Program-made: the position numbers and the translations under genes
Virus record (IMG/VR): IMGVR_UViG_3300010222_000169
Direction: 5' to 3' (one strand)
Origin: a virus
Length of the DNA stretch: 64,000 bases
Shown: piece after piece, positions 1 through 9,398 of the stretch
How the letters are laid out: every line of letters starts with the position of its first letter
Position numbering within the stretch: position 1 is the stretch's first letter
Notes under the pieces: model-generated
Told to the model about the DNA's origin: nothing
Databases searched by the model: none
What the model saw: the letters and a program-made list of their open reading frames with translations, nothing else

Positions 1-950
1 TCCACGTCTATTCCGAGCGATCCGAGCCGCGTCACGACGAGACCGACATCTTCAGCCCCGACGAGGTGGCCGCACTCCGACGGGCGTGCGGCGCGACCGG
101 ATCTCCGGCACGGAACCGCGCGTTGCTCGAGCTCCTCATCTTCACTGGCCAGCGGATCACCGCTCTCCTCACGTTGCGCGTGAAAGACGTCGAGCTGAAC
201 CCGTCCGGCGACACTAACACCGCCTACATCTATCTCAACGACGACTACGACGACGAACAGGGTGGGCTGAAAGGCGCGCTCGCACGTGGACGCAAGCGCC
301 CGATCTTCGGAGCGAAGAAATACGTCCGCGACTGGCTCCAGTACCACCCCGACGGCGACGACCCCGAGGCGTGGTTGTTCATCGGAGATCCCTCGCACTG
401 GAAGACTGACCCCGACATGCACCTCTCGGAACCGTCGGCTCGCCAGCGCCTCGCCCAGCTCGCCAAGGAGGCAGAGGTCGACAAACCCGTGAACCCCCAC
501 AACTTCCGACACTACTGCGCGACTGTCTTGAAGCGCGACTACGACGATGTCGACAACGACGACGTCAGAATGCTGTTCGGCCACGTCAAGGGGTCGTCCT
601 CGCTCGAAAACACCTACCAACACCTTTTCGACCAAGATCACATCGAACACCTCGAAACAGGAATGGGGTACCGCGAGCCCAGTGAGGGGGAGTCGTTCAC
701 CCCCGGCGCTTGTCCGACCTGTGGCGAACTCCTCGATGACGGCTGGCGGCAGTGTCCGAACTGTCAGGAAGTCTTTGGCCCGACCGAGAAGATCGAATCC
801 GCGGCCGAGCAATTGAACGACTCGGTGACTGACGCAGCGCTCGGCGAGGACCTCTCGCCCGAAGAGCGTGAGGGGTTGCGCGCCCTCCGCGAGATCACCG
901 ACGACCCTGAGGCGCTCTACCGACGCCTCGCTGCCATCGGCGGCGACTGA
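1..950 (+). CDS. int: Tyrosine recombinase/integrase, 5'-truncated by window, with C-terminal double Zn ribbon
   Basis: Catalytic motifs TGQR, HNFRH, LFGH, NTYQH; CPTCG...CPNC at C-terminus. Confidence 0.9.
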   Translation, partial: HVYSERSEPRHDETDIFSPDEVAALRRACGATGSPARNRALLELLIFTGQRITALLTLRVKDVELNPSGDTNTAYIYLNDDYDDEQGGLKGALARGRKRPIFGAKKYVRDWLQYHPDGDDPEAWLFIGDPSHWKTDPDMHLSEPSARQRLAQLAKEAEVDKPVNPHNFRHYCATVLKRDYDDVDNDDVRMLFGHVKGSSSLENTYQHLFDQDHIEHLETGMGYREPSEGESFTPGACPTCGELLDDGWRQCPNCQEVFGPTEKIESAAEQLNDSVTDAALGEDLSPEEREGLRALREITDDPEALYRRLAAIGGD

Positions 951-955
951 AGCGC

Positions 956-1171
956 TCACGACCCTCCCTCCACGCCGAGTTCCTCACGAGTCGGTAACCC
1001 GGCAGCGGCGAGGTCCGTATCACGAGGGGTCTCGCCCTCGTCGAGCGCGATGACGACCCGTGCCAGCGCGCCGAGTTCGTCGGTGCGCTCCTCGGCGAGG
1101 ACGCCGACCGCCTCTCGGTGGTCTTCGTCGATCTCGGCGCTGTCCGTGGTTATATCGACAGTCTTGCTCAT
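956..1171 (-). CDS. Hypothetical protein
   Basis: 71-aa acidic ORF at end of coupled leftward operon. Confidence 0.6.
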   Translation of the reverse strand: MSKTVDITTDSAEIDEDHREAVGVLAEERTDELGALARVVIALDEGETPRDTDLAAAGLPTREELGVEGGS

Positions 1172-1317
1172 CGTTGGTCACCGCCATGCCGTTCTGGTCC
1201 GAACGGATGGCCGCGTTCCTCGATTTCTCTCCACCGCTTGATTACTGCTTGGGGGTCGAAGCCGCCGGGCGTGTCGTCGTTGAAGGAAATGGACGGGTCA
1301 ACGGGCCAGTCATCCAT
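1168..1317 (-). CDS. Hypothetical protein (MDDWP... start)
   Basis: Overlaps both neighbouring genes; acidic. Confidence 0.5.
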   Translation of the reverse strand: MDDWPVDPSISFNDDTPGGFDPQAVIKRWREIEERGHPFGPERHGGDQR

Positions 1318-1465
1318 CCGAATCACCACCGCGTGCATAGCGATGCTCCATGCGCTCTCGCTCCCGGCGACCGACAGCACGGAGGCGCGCGTACGGCACG
1401 ACCACGAGCATCAGGCCGAGCGCGAACGCGGCGAGGAACAGGCGTGGATCGGCAAGCGCGCTCAC
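1310..1465 (-). CDS. Small membrane protein
   Basis: GTG start overlapping upstream stop; hydrophobic LFLAAFALGLMLVVV then basic tail. Confidence 0.5.
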   Translation of the reverse strand: MSALADPRLFLAAFALGLMLVVVPYARLRAVGRRERERMEHRYARGGDSDG

Positions 1466-1893
1466 GCGGACCCACCTCTGTTGGCCGCGGCTATATCGAG
1501 ACACAGCTGACACCACGAGAAGTGACCGCTCGGGTAGAGTGCCGCGTCCTTGCGGAGCCACTCCCTGTCCTCACGATCGGCCATAGAGCAAAGCGGCTCG
1601 TCCCCCTCGTCGGGAAGGTGGAACGAGCGGCTGGCTCCGCTCGCCCCGCTGGCGTTGACCACGACCTCATCAACAGTAGGGACACCGCCATCGGGCAGGA
1701 CGTTCTGACTGCCGAAGCCGTAACACTGCTCCGAGACTTCCCAGATCTCTTCGTCGTACCATCCGCATTCGGGACAGTCCGTCCATTCACAGACCGGGAA
1801 GCCGCACGAAGGGCACTGGAAAGCCCGATATTCCTTCCCGTCAACCGAGACCGGGGAGTCATCGGTTTCAGACAGCGGTTTGAGACGACTCAC
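1462..1893 (-). CDS. Zn-finger protein
   Basis: CPSCG...CPECG and HFSWCQLC; 4-nt overlaps. Confidence 0.7.
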   Translation of the reverse strand: MSRLKPLSETDDSPVSVDGKEYRAFQCPSCGFPVCEWTDCPECGWYDEEIWEVSEQCYGFGSQNVLPDGGVPTVDEVVVNASGASGASRSFHLPDEGDEPLCSMADREDREWLRKDAALYPSGHFSWCQLCLDIAAANRGGSA

Positions 1894-2954
1894 GCCGACT
1901 CACCCCCGTCGGCCGCCGCGACTTCCGGCACCGGTTCGTCGAGCCCGAGTTCGTCGTGCAGATCCTCGATCATGTGGATCGCCTGGATCTCGCTGTGCTC
2001 GTCGAGCACCTCGTCGAGCTGCAGCTTGCCGATCACCGTTTTGAGCTGCTTGCGCGGAACTCGGAGGTCCTGCTGGACCTCATAAACGGTCCCGTGGGCT
2101 GCGACCGACTGCTCGACGTCGGCGATCGAGACGTTCCGCGGCAGGTCCTCGGGCACTTGCTCGCGATAGGCACGGGTCACCTCGGTTTCGTCGTGTGCGT
2201 CGTCGCGATGTGAGCACATGAGACCGGCATTGCCGAAGTCCTCGCCACAGACCGGACACTTGGCATCGGGCGGCTTCGCACCGCTGTTTCGTGCGTCGTC
2301 ATCCACGCGACCACCGTCGTCGTCCTTTTGCTCGCCGCCGATCTCCTCGCGCTCGTCCCCGTCCGCCTCCGGTTCCGGGCCGTCCCCGCTCCCTTCGGCG
2401 GCCGCCGCTGCGTCGCCGTCCGAACGCTCGTCGGCGGGGGCGTCGTGCACGCGGGAGTGATGGACCTTCATCCCGACCGAGGAATCGAAGCCGTCGCCGC
2501 AGGTCGGACACTCGTGGTCTTCGTCCCCGTCGTCACCGTGGGCCTTCGTGCGGTGGATGCTGACCCCCCGCTCGCTCTCGAACTCCTCGCCACACTCGGG
2601 GCAGGTGCACCCGTCGTCGTCGGCCTCGCTGGAACCCTCCTCCGCGCGGGACCCATCCTGAACGTCGTCCGGGTCGCCGCCTTCGTCCTCGTCCTGCTGG
2701 GTATGGTACTCGGGCGAGCCCATCATCTCGCCGGGCGAGTGCCCATCGACGTCGATCTCGTCGGTCGCCGGCGTGTCGGGTGTGATTGACCCACCGTCGA
2801 GCAGCGCGAGCTCCTCGTCGATTCGGTCGCGGAGCCACGCCGCCTGTGCCTGCGTCAGCACGTGGTTGTTGTCGCCGTACGAATCGTCCGCAAACATGAC
2901 GACGACCGCTTTGCTGTCGGTCTGACCGACCATCGCGTCCTCGATCTCGTTCAT
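1890..2954 (-). CDS. Acidic protein with three C2H2 Zn fingers
   Basis: CPECG..H..H, CPTCG..H..H, CPVCG..H..H. Confidence 0.8.
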   Translation of the reverse strand: MNEIEDAMVGQTDSKAVVVMFADDSYGDNNHVLTQAQAAWLRDRIDEELALLDGGSITPDTPATDEIDVDGHSPGEMMGSPEYHTQQDEDEGGDPDDVQDGSRAEEGSSEADDDGCTCPECGEEFESERGVSIHRTKAHGDDGDEDHECPTCGDGFDSSVGMKVHHSRVHDAPADERSDGDAAAAAEGSGDGPEPEADGDEREEIGGEQKDDDGGRVDDDARNSGAKPPDAKCPVCGEDFGNAGLMCSHRDDAHDETEVTRAYREQVPEDLPRNVSIADVEQSVAAHGTVYEVQQDLRVPRKQLKTVIGKLQLDEVLDEHSEIQAIHMIEDLHDELGLDEPVPEVAAADGGESA

Positions 2955-3397
2955 CGCCGACCACCGCCCGCAAACCGCCGGTTCGGGGTCTTCCGAACCT
3001 GACCGTCGACGACGGTCGCCCGGCCGTGACGGATCTCCCCGTCGAGCGCCTCCTTGACCTCCTCGATCGTCGCGCCCGAGAGCTCGGCGACGCGCTCGAT
3101 CAGGACCTGCCGATCAATCCGGCCGGTCGCATCCTCGAGGACGTCGGCGATCACCTGCGGGAGCGCGGGCGGGTCGGGGTCCGCCGTGATCGTGCCGCCG
3201 TCGGCGACGATCTCCTCGGTACCGCCGTGGACGTACACCCGGACCTCTTGGGGACGAACCACCGCGTGCGCGCCCGCCTGCTCGAACTCGCCGCAGGCTT
3301 CGGGACCGAACGGAGCGCCGTCGTCGGCGTGGATCGCCTGCGCGGTCGCGAGAACAGTCCCACAAACGGGGCAGTACGACGCATCGAGATCGGTCAT
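2951..3397 (-). CDS. Zn-ribbon plus C-terminal winged-helix-like protein
   Basis: CPVCG...C; C-terminal IDRQVLIERVAELSG...EALDGEIRHG. Confidence 0.65.
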   Translation of the reverse strand: MTDLDASYCPVCGTVLATAQAIHADDGAPFGPEACGEFEQAGAHAVVRPQEVRVYVHGGTEEIVADGGTITADPDPPALPQVIADVLEDATGRIDRQVLIERVAELSGATIEEVKEALDGEIRHGRATVVDGQVRKTPNRRFAGGGRR

Positions 3398-3783
3398 CCC
3401 GAATCACCTCCCGCTCGTTCGATTGGCACTCTCGCCAGCCGCCCCTCGGGGTAGGCGTACGTCTTGCCCATCTTGTGAACGCCCTCGACCGACCGCGGGA
3501 CGAACACACAATTGAGCACGCGGTCGTCCATCCGGACCGGCAGGTACGGGGCCTGGTTGTAGTTGAGGAGGTCGAAGTCCTCTTCGTCGAAGTAAGTAGC
3601 AACGCTCGGTGCCGCAACGTCGAGCACGTAGAGCGGCTGACGGGTCACCAAGTCGATGCAGACGTCATCCACCCCGATCGCCCGAGCGTACTCGGCGTTG
3701 CGCTCGGCGAGGATCTCCTTCGGATCGCGTTCGGCCTCGTCGAACGTACTGTCGATCGCGCCTTCCGGTTGCTGCTCACTCAT
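3394..3783 (-). CDS. Hypothetical protein
   Basis: Coupled ORF MSEQQ..., acidic. Confidence 0.7.
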   Translation of the reverse strand: MSEQQPEGAIDSTFDEAERDPKEILAERNAEYARAIGVDDVCIDLVTRQPLYVLDVAAPSVATYFDEEDFDLLNYNQAPYLPVRMDDRVLNCVFVPRSVEGVHKMGKTYAYPEGRLARVPIERAGGDSG

Positions 3784-4208
3784 GCTTCGCGCACCTCCCA
3801 CGCCCGCGCCGGCTCGGCTCGCTCGAACTCGATGTCCGCCGGCGCGTCGACGTCACTCCCTTCGTCGACAATGCGCTGGATCGCGACGCCGACACGGGCG
3901 GCCGTCAGTCCCGTCGCCTCGGCGACGTCGGGGGCTCGGATCCGAATGAAGTCCTGCCACGGCGGCCGCTCGTCGAGCAGCTCGCGAAGACACTCGACGA
4001 TGACCTCGTCCGGGGTGGGGACGCCGGCCGCCGCGAGCAGCTCGTCCCACGTGCCGGGGTAGTGTTCGTAGTACCCTCTCGTGAGGGGAGCGTGCTCGGC
4101 GACCTCCCGCGAGGACGGCGGATGACCACACTCGCGGTAGGCCATCCGGACATCGCGGACTCGATCGACGTGTTCGGCGATTTCGATGGTGCTGGCGTCG
4201 ACGCTCAT
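3780..4208 (-). CDS. Protein with one homing-endonuclease-associated repeat (PF18780-like) and putative HTH
   Basis: GHPPSSREV...YYEHYPGTWDELLAAAGV resembles repeats in 27367..28500. Confidence 0.65.
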   Translation of the reverse strand: MSVDASTIEIAEHVDRVRDVRMAYRECGHPPSSREVAEHAPLTRGYYEHYPGTWDELLAAAGVPTPDEVIVECLRELLDERPPWQDFIRIRAPDVAEATGLTAARVGVAIQRIVDEGSDVDAPADIEFERAEPARAWEVREA

Positions 4209-4584
4209 GATGCATCGTCCCGGATGGCACTGATTTTTCCGGCTATAGCCCCTGGATCGGAGTGTCCGGGCTTTTCTCCCGGACCTGAACACCCGTTTCC
4301 GTATTTTTCAACAGCAGTGTCAACTATTGAGGCATGGCTGTTTGATACTGAAATCGGCAGCTGTGCGTCTGTCGTGGTGTCTGGGCCCTCTCGAACCCCG
4401 AACACTGATATTGGGTCGGCGTGTATTCCCATCTGTCTGAACACCCAGTTGTCGGCTCTACCGGCACCCTGTGCGGGTGGTCAGACACGAGTCGGGGTGA
4501 ACCAACACCCCGGCACGATTCTTCCGAACCGTGCGTGCGCGCCTGACAACCACACATGAGAACGGCTTTTACATAAAGATTGTC

Positions 4585-4601
4585 GTTGTGTCCGGCACAA
4601 C
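4585..4601. promoter_or_regulatory. Palindromic operator candidate in divergent switch region
   Basis: GTTGTG-TCCGG-CACAAC in AT-rich spacer upstream of the repressor-like gene. Confidence 0.45.
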
Positions 4602-4688
4602 TTTAGACTGCACCGGACTGACCGCAACATTGCTAAGAACAAGATTAATATTGTGCCCCACTATACTTGTCAGTAAGACGGTGGCATT

Positions 4689-5012
4689 ATGAGTGTGACC
4701 GCGGCATCCTCGGACGGCATGCGACAGCGCGCGAAATGGATGGCTCCAAAGGACGATCCAATTCTCGAAGTTCTGCGGGATGTCGGGAACCTTACACCGT
4801 TCGCCCTCTCCCGCGAGGGACGCGTCCCTCGCGTCGACATCGGCAAACAGTGGGCTAGCGACCGTTGTCGGGACCTCTGGAAACACGGGTTGGTCGTCAT
4901 GATCGAGGATGGCCTGTACGCGATCTCCGAAGACGGTATTGCCTACCTTGACGAAGAACTCGACGCCGCGACGCTCAACGAGCTTGACGAGGGCCCGATC
5001 GCCGATGAGTGA
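4689..5012 (+). CDS. phiH1-repressor-like winged-helix regulator
   Basis: WMAPKDDPILEVL...GLYAISEDGIAYLDEELDA pattern; divergent from early operon. Confidence 0.8.
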   Translation: MSVTAASSDGMRQRAKWMAPKDDPILEVLRDVGNLTPFALSREGRVPRVDIGKQWASDRCRDLWKHGLVVMIEDGLYAISEDGIAYLDEELDAATLNELDEGPIADE

Positions 5013-5310
5013 CTGCACTCGGCCCATTACAATCCCATCTTCTGACCGGACTGTATTGAAACCGACAGCGGCCTTTCCAGGTTTCCAGGGAAAACCCCTT
5101 CACCCCGACCGACGCTCTTAGCCCTCAACCATTCGACGGACGGCCGTATTGAGACTTTTTGAAAGATCTTTTCCGAGAACTGAACGGCCCGCACCGCCGC
5201 TCGTAAGAACCTATCCTCCACGCTTGACCCTTCACAAGCGAATCGGTACATTATGCGAGGGAAAACACCAATGGCAAAACAATTATGAGACAGTATCTTT
5301 ATGCATAATC

Positions 5311-5811
5311 ATGAATAGGCGGCAGTACCTCACGGGCACGGCGGCCGCAACGACGGTTGCGATCGCGGGCTGCGTTGGATCGATCTCCGGAGGCTCCAGT
5401 GGGACGAAATACGAGGACGTCACGAAAGAGGAGATGCTCCTTGATGAGAGTACATTCCCCGGTGGCTGGGTCCGCGACGACCAGCTCAACGACAATTTCG
5501 ATGCAGGATTTGCCAACGGCGACGAAACGATCATCGTCCTGTTAGGGGTGCAGATAAACGACGACATCGAAACGGCAGAGGAGAACTTTGAACAATCGAG
5601 AGCAGGATTTCGTGACCCGCAGGACCTCGATATCGGGGACGAAGCGTTCTGGGACACTCGCAACGATCAGAGCGCGTCCACGATCCTTCGCGACTCGAAT
5701 GTCTTGGGGGAATCGGCAGCGTCTCGCGAATCGAGGGGCGAAATAATCCCTGATCAACAACGGTCACAACAGTACGCCAGGGAGATGTTCGATCACTGGC
5801 GGGATATATAG
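5311..5811 (+). CDS. Tat-exported lipoprotein
   Basis: MNRRQYL...IAGC. Confidence 0.85.
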   Translation: MNRRQYLTGTAAATTVAIAGCVGSISGGSSGTKYEDVTKEEMLLDESTFPGGWVRDDQLNDNFDAGFANGDETIIVLLGVQINDDIETAEENFEQSRAGFRDPQDLDIGDEAFWDTRNDQSASTILRDSNVLGESAASRESRGEIIPDQQRSQQYAREMFDHWRDI

Positions 5812-5830
5812 TGTAGCGTCGGCGAGAGTG

Positions 5831-6829
5831 TCACTCCGGCAGCTGGTATGTCCGCGAGCGACCCTCGCCCTCCTTCTCGGCGAGGTTGTAGTGGGTAAGC
5901 TTCGAGAGGTAGTTCCGTACAGTCCTGTCCGACCGCGGGTCGTCGACACGGCCCTGATACCGCTCGTAGAGCTCGGCCGACGCAATCTCCTCGGCGTCAC
6001 GGATGATCTCGTAGAGCGCGCGCTGGTGGGGCTGGAGCTGGTCGACATGCTTGCGGCGGATGTCGGCCTTCGCGGCCGGCACTGCCTCCTCAACCATCGC
6101 CTCGGTGATTGACGTCCGTTCTCGGTCCTCGGCCTGACGGGCTGCGTTCCGAAGGATGTTGATCGCTATGCGCGCGTCGCCCGCAGCGGCGTCGGCGATC
6201 TGCACCAGGCGATCGCGCTCGACTGAGCCGACGAGGCCCCACCGAATCCGATCCCTCAAGATCGCGACCAGCTCGTCGAGACTGTATCGCTCGAAGCGCA
6301 CGCGGACTGATCCCCGAAGTCGTGAGACGAGACGGCTGTCGAGCGGCGCGAAGAACTCCTCTTCACGATTCGCGACGAGCACTGTCGACACGTTCCGAGT
6401 TCGATAGAGGTCGGCGATCACGTCCTCGTCTTGGAGCTGGTCGGCCTCGTCGAGGATCACCACCAGCTCGGGCCCGTCGTACTCTTCGAGTCGGTAGAGC
6501 AGCGAATCGGTGGTGGCGGCCCCGCGCTGGATGCTCACCGCCCCGCCGATCGCGCCGACGATGCGATAGAGAGCGCGAAAGCGAGTGTAGTCCCGCCAGC
6601 AATTCACATACTGGTAGTTCACCTGGGTGGCTTCAGCGAGACGGTCGACGGCGAAGCGCGCGAGACAGGTCTTGCCCGCGCCGGAGGGGCCGAACAGCAG
6701 GGCGGTCTCGGCGGGGTCGCCCCACGTGATCGGGTTGAGTGCGCGGGTGAGGACGTTCATCTCTTGGTCACGGTGACTCACCTCGCGAGGGATGAACTCG
6801 TCCTGGAGGACCCGGGCGTCCGAGATCAT
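5831..6829 (-). CDS. cdc6: Orc1/Cdc6 family replication initiator
   Basis: EFIPREVSHRD, Walker A GPSGAGKT, Walker B ILDEAD, AAGDAR, C-terminal wHTH; start moved to MISDARVL. Confidence 0.93.
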   Translation of the reverse strand: MISDARVLQDEFIPREVSHRDQEMNVLTRALNPITWGDPAETALLFGPSGAGKTCLARFAVDRLAEATQVNYQYVNCWRDYTRFRALYRIVGAIGGAVSIQRGAATTDSLLYRLEEYDGPELVVILDEADQLQDEDVIADLYRTRNVSTVLVANREEEFFAPLDSRLVSRLRGSVRVRFERYSLDELVAILRDRIRWGLVGSVERDRLVQIADAAAGDARIAINILRNAARQAEDRERTSITEAMVEEAVPAAKADIRRKHVDQLQPHQRALYEIIRDAEEIASAELYERYQGRVDDPRSDRTVRNYLSKLTHYNLAEKEGEGRSRTYQLPE

Positions 6830-6872
6830 GTCGCAAACGACCCCATCGAGACATAATAAGCCATGCCCGACC

Positions 6873-6910
6873 TTTCCACGTTTCCGGAACCGCAGTGGAA
6901 ACGGTGGGGT
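6873..6910 (+). promoter_or_regulatory. ORB-like Orc1/Cdc6 binding site
   Basis: TTTCCAC...CAGTGGAAACGGTGGGGT (ORB core plus G-string) just upstream of cdc6. Confidence 0.6.
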
Positions 6911-6914
6911 CAGG

Positions 6915-7346
6915 TTAGGTGCTGAACGACTGGACTGCCTTCTGGGAGACGCCGGTCGCGGTGAGCGACCCGTCTTTGTAGCGATCGAGCCACCGCGGCG
7001 TGACTTCCCACTCGCCCAGCGTAACACCCTCTCCGTTCTGGACATCCGCATCTATATGGGCAAGGTCCACTCCTTCATCGATCTGCGTCAGGTACCTATC
7101 GACGATCGCGCGGATCTCGTCGGCCATGCCGTTGGCCGATGTCGCCGCCGTCACGTACTTGATCAGCGTGACGCCGGACCCCGCCTCGATCTGGATGTCG
7201 ATCACCTCGCTGGCGACCTCGTTTTCGATCGCTGCGGCCGCCTCCTTGCGCTTCTCGTCGCCGCCACCGCCGAGACAGCCGGCGGTCGTGACCGTCGCGA
7301 TCGCGCCGACAGCGGTGATCGCCCGTCGCCGAGTGCACTCTGTCAT
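6915..7346 (-). CDS. Tat-exported lipoprotein
   Basis: TRRRAI...TAGC. Confidence 0.8.
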   Translation of the reverse strand: MTECTRRRAITAVGAIATVTTAGCLGGGGDEKRKEAAAAIENEVASEVIDIQIEAGSGVTLIKYVTAATSANGMADEIRAIVDRYLTQIDEGVDLAHIDADVQNGEGVTLGEWEVTPRWLDRYKDGSLTATGVSQKAVQSFST

Positions 7347-7401
7347 TATTGGAGCAACAGATACCTCACACTAAAATCCACGGTGGAGTGGGCGTAGCGA
7401 A

Positions 7402-7623
7402 TCAGATCTTCGCTGGCAGCCAGTACCGCTCGCCATCGGTATCGAGATCGCCGCGTTCCACGGCGGCGGATAGCTCCTCGCGGACGCGGCGCGGGGCATA
7501 GCCAGCGCTGGTGAGGATCTTGACGACAACGTGCTCCGAGCAACGTTCAGGCTGTTTCTGTGGAGTCTGGTAGTTGACGACGCGGACAACGCGCTCGCTC
7601 AGGTCGGGGTTAGGTTTGAGCAT
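7402..7623 (-). CDS. Small winged-helix-like protein, copy 1
   Basis: Near-identical paralogue at 8649..8876. Confidence 0.7.
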   Translation of the reverse strand: MLKPNPDLSERVVRVVNYQTPQKQPERCSEHVVVKILTSAGYAPRRVREELSAAVERGDLDTDGERYWLPAKI

Positions 7624-7637
7624 GGATCGAGTAACAG
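7405..7637. repeat. 233-bp direct repeat, copy 1
   Basis: Ungapped alignment with 8658..8890, roughly 80% identical by eye. Confidence 0.9.
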
Positions 7638-7782
7638 CGAGCAGCGACAAATCCCTTCCGGGCGTAATAGAGTTGTTATCTGAACTCCCCGTACTAGTGA
7701 ACTATAACTCATTCGCACCACAACGCGCCCGACCGTCGCTACCATAGTTTTAATACAACTCGCCGACATAATCAGTCAAACC

Positions 7783-8607
7783 ATGCAACGACGACGCTAC
7801 CTTGCGCTGGCGGGCGTGTCGATAACTGCACTGGCGGGCTGCTCGGGGGACGAAGGCGGCGGGGACAATGGCGACGACGGGACCGACGCGCCGACCGAGA
7901 CGGCACAGGCCGACACGGAAACCGAGGCCGAGACCGGGATGGAAACGAACACGGAGATGAGCACCGAGGCCGGCGAGATGGAGACGACGATGGACGCCGA
8001 AGACACGATGACCGCCACTCCCGGCGAGGAGGGTGGTGACGACTCGGCATCGGTTTCTTCGTCGGTCGAACCTCAGTCGTTTGAGGGGTCGAGCCCGACT
8101 GCGACCGATACGTTCTCGCTCACCGGCGACGCGGCGGTTTTTGCGATCGAGTACTCCGGCGAATCGGGCTTTTCGGTCGAGCTGCTGGACGAGTCGGGCG
8201 AGGTGGTCGAGGTGCTCGTGAGCACTATCAACGACTACCAGGGTCGCATTGTGCTGGGCCCGCCCGAGGGAGAGTACTCGCTCAATATCAACGCCGATGG
8301 CGACTGGACCGCAACAATCGAGCCGCCGGAGTCCGAGACCGTCTCGCTCCCACAGGACGCGGAGGGGACTGGATCGGATTTCATCGGTCCCGTGAGTTTC
8401 GAGGGCTCGACGATGCTCACCTTCGAGGGGACCGGCGAGGATTACTACGGCGTCTTGCTTCGCGACGCCGCAGGCCAAGACGTGGAAGTGCTCGTGAACG
8501 AGTATGGGCCGACTGACGAACTCTCGACGAGCTTCTCGGCCGACGCCATCGGCTTCGTGCAAGTCGAAACACTGAGTTCGTGGACCGCGACGCTCGAAAG
8601 CGCCTGA
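7783..8607 (+). CDS. Tat-exported lipoprotein with acidic linker and two repeated beta domains
   Basis: MQRRRYL...LAGC; repeated FxGxG/S...WTATI/L modules; TTTTAATA about 30 nt upstream. Confidence 0.88.
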   Translation: MQRRRYLALAGVSITALAGCSGDEGGGDNGDDGTDAPTETAQADTETEAETGMETNTEMSTEAGEMETTMDAEDTMTATPGEEGGDDSASVSSSVEPQSFEGSSPTATDTFSLTGDAAVFAIEYSGESGFSVELLDESGEVVEVLVSTINDYQGRIVLGPPEGEYSLNINADGDWTATIEPPESETVSLPQDAEGTGSDFIGPVSFEGSTMLTFEGTGEDYYGVLLRDAAGQDVEVLVNEYGPTDELSTSFSADAIGFVQVETLSSWTATLESA

Positions 8608-8648
8608 GGGCCCGAAACTCGGGTCGGTTCTGCGTTACTCACCGTCAG

Positions 8649-8876
8649 TCACGATCCGATCTTCGCTGGCAGCCAGTACTGTTCGCCATCGGTATCGAGA
8701 TCGCCGCGTTCCACGGCGGCCGACAGTTCCTCACGGATGCGGCCCGGGGCGTAGCCAGCACTACTGAGCGTGCGGACGATGACGTGTTCCGAGCAGCGGT
8801 CGGGCTGCTGTGGTGAGGTCTGGTAATCGACGACGCGGACAACGCGCACGCTCAGGTCGGGGCTCGGTTCGAGCAT
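8649..8876 (-). CDS. Small winged-helix-like protein, copy 2
   Basis: Paralogue of 7402..7623. Confidence 0.7.
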   Translation of the reverse strand: MLEPSPDLSVRVVRVVDYQTSPQQPDRCSEHVIVRTLSSAGYAPGRIREELSAAVERGDLDTDGEQYWLPAKIGS

Positions 8877-8890
8877 GGATCAAGTAACAG
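8658..8890. repeat. 233-bp direct repeat, copy 2
   Basis: Ungapped alignment with 7405..7637. Confidence 0.9.
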
Positions 8891-9122
8891 GGGTTCCAGC
8901 ATCAAGCTTTCACCACCTATGAGTCCTCCGACAACTCTGAAGAGGCTGCAGCGGTAGAAGTAACTATGCCTCCGAGAAAGGCTCTCGAAAGTCAATCCAG
9001 AGAACTTCACAAGTGGAACTGTCGCCTGATGGCTGGAGCGAGTTTTGCAACGCCGGTTCCGGAACCGGATTCGGAAGACGAATACTGCGACTGCCCTCAT
9101 TGTCCAGACTAAGTCGGCGAGA

Positions 9123-9305
9123 TCACTCCGGTCCACTCCAGTCGCTGTCGATCTGCTGGACGAACCCATCCATCGGGAGTCCCTCCTCGGCGACGATCGT
9201 CTCGGCGAGCTCCCACGCGCGGCGTTCGCGAGGAGCGAGATCGCCCGATGGTCCGGCGAACTGCACGAGCGCTTCGGCGATCAACAGTCGGTCTTGGGGG
9301 TGCAT
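9123..9305 (-). CDS. Small hypothetical protein
   Basis: 60-aa acidic ORF MHPQDRLLIAEAL. Confidence 0.6.
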   Translation of the reverse strand: MHPQDRLLIAEALVQFAGPSGDLAPRERRAWELAETIVAEEGLPMDGFVQQIDSDWSGPE

Positions 9306-9398
9306 CGCTGTCCGGTGGCCGCGTCATCGGATAAAAAAGTGGGCGTTCAGTCGAACGTGCCGAACTCGTACTTGGCAGTGCCGCGACACCGAATGCAG

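Noticed and set aside
1-1000. attL/attR site or host tRNA target
   Set aside because: Window starts inside the integrase, and no flanking direct repeat was seen.
4205-4557. ORFs 4205..4444 and 4324..4557 as a cro-like gene
   Set aside because: No HTH signature, atypical composition and mutually overlapping; left uncalled.
5071-5106. Second ORB (TTTCCAGGTTTCCAGGGAAAACCCCTTCACCCC)
   Set aside because: The C/G-string lies on the wrong side of the core relative to the ORB pattern; ambiguous.
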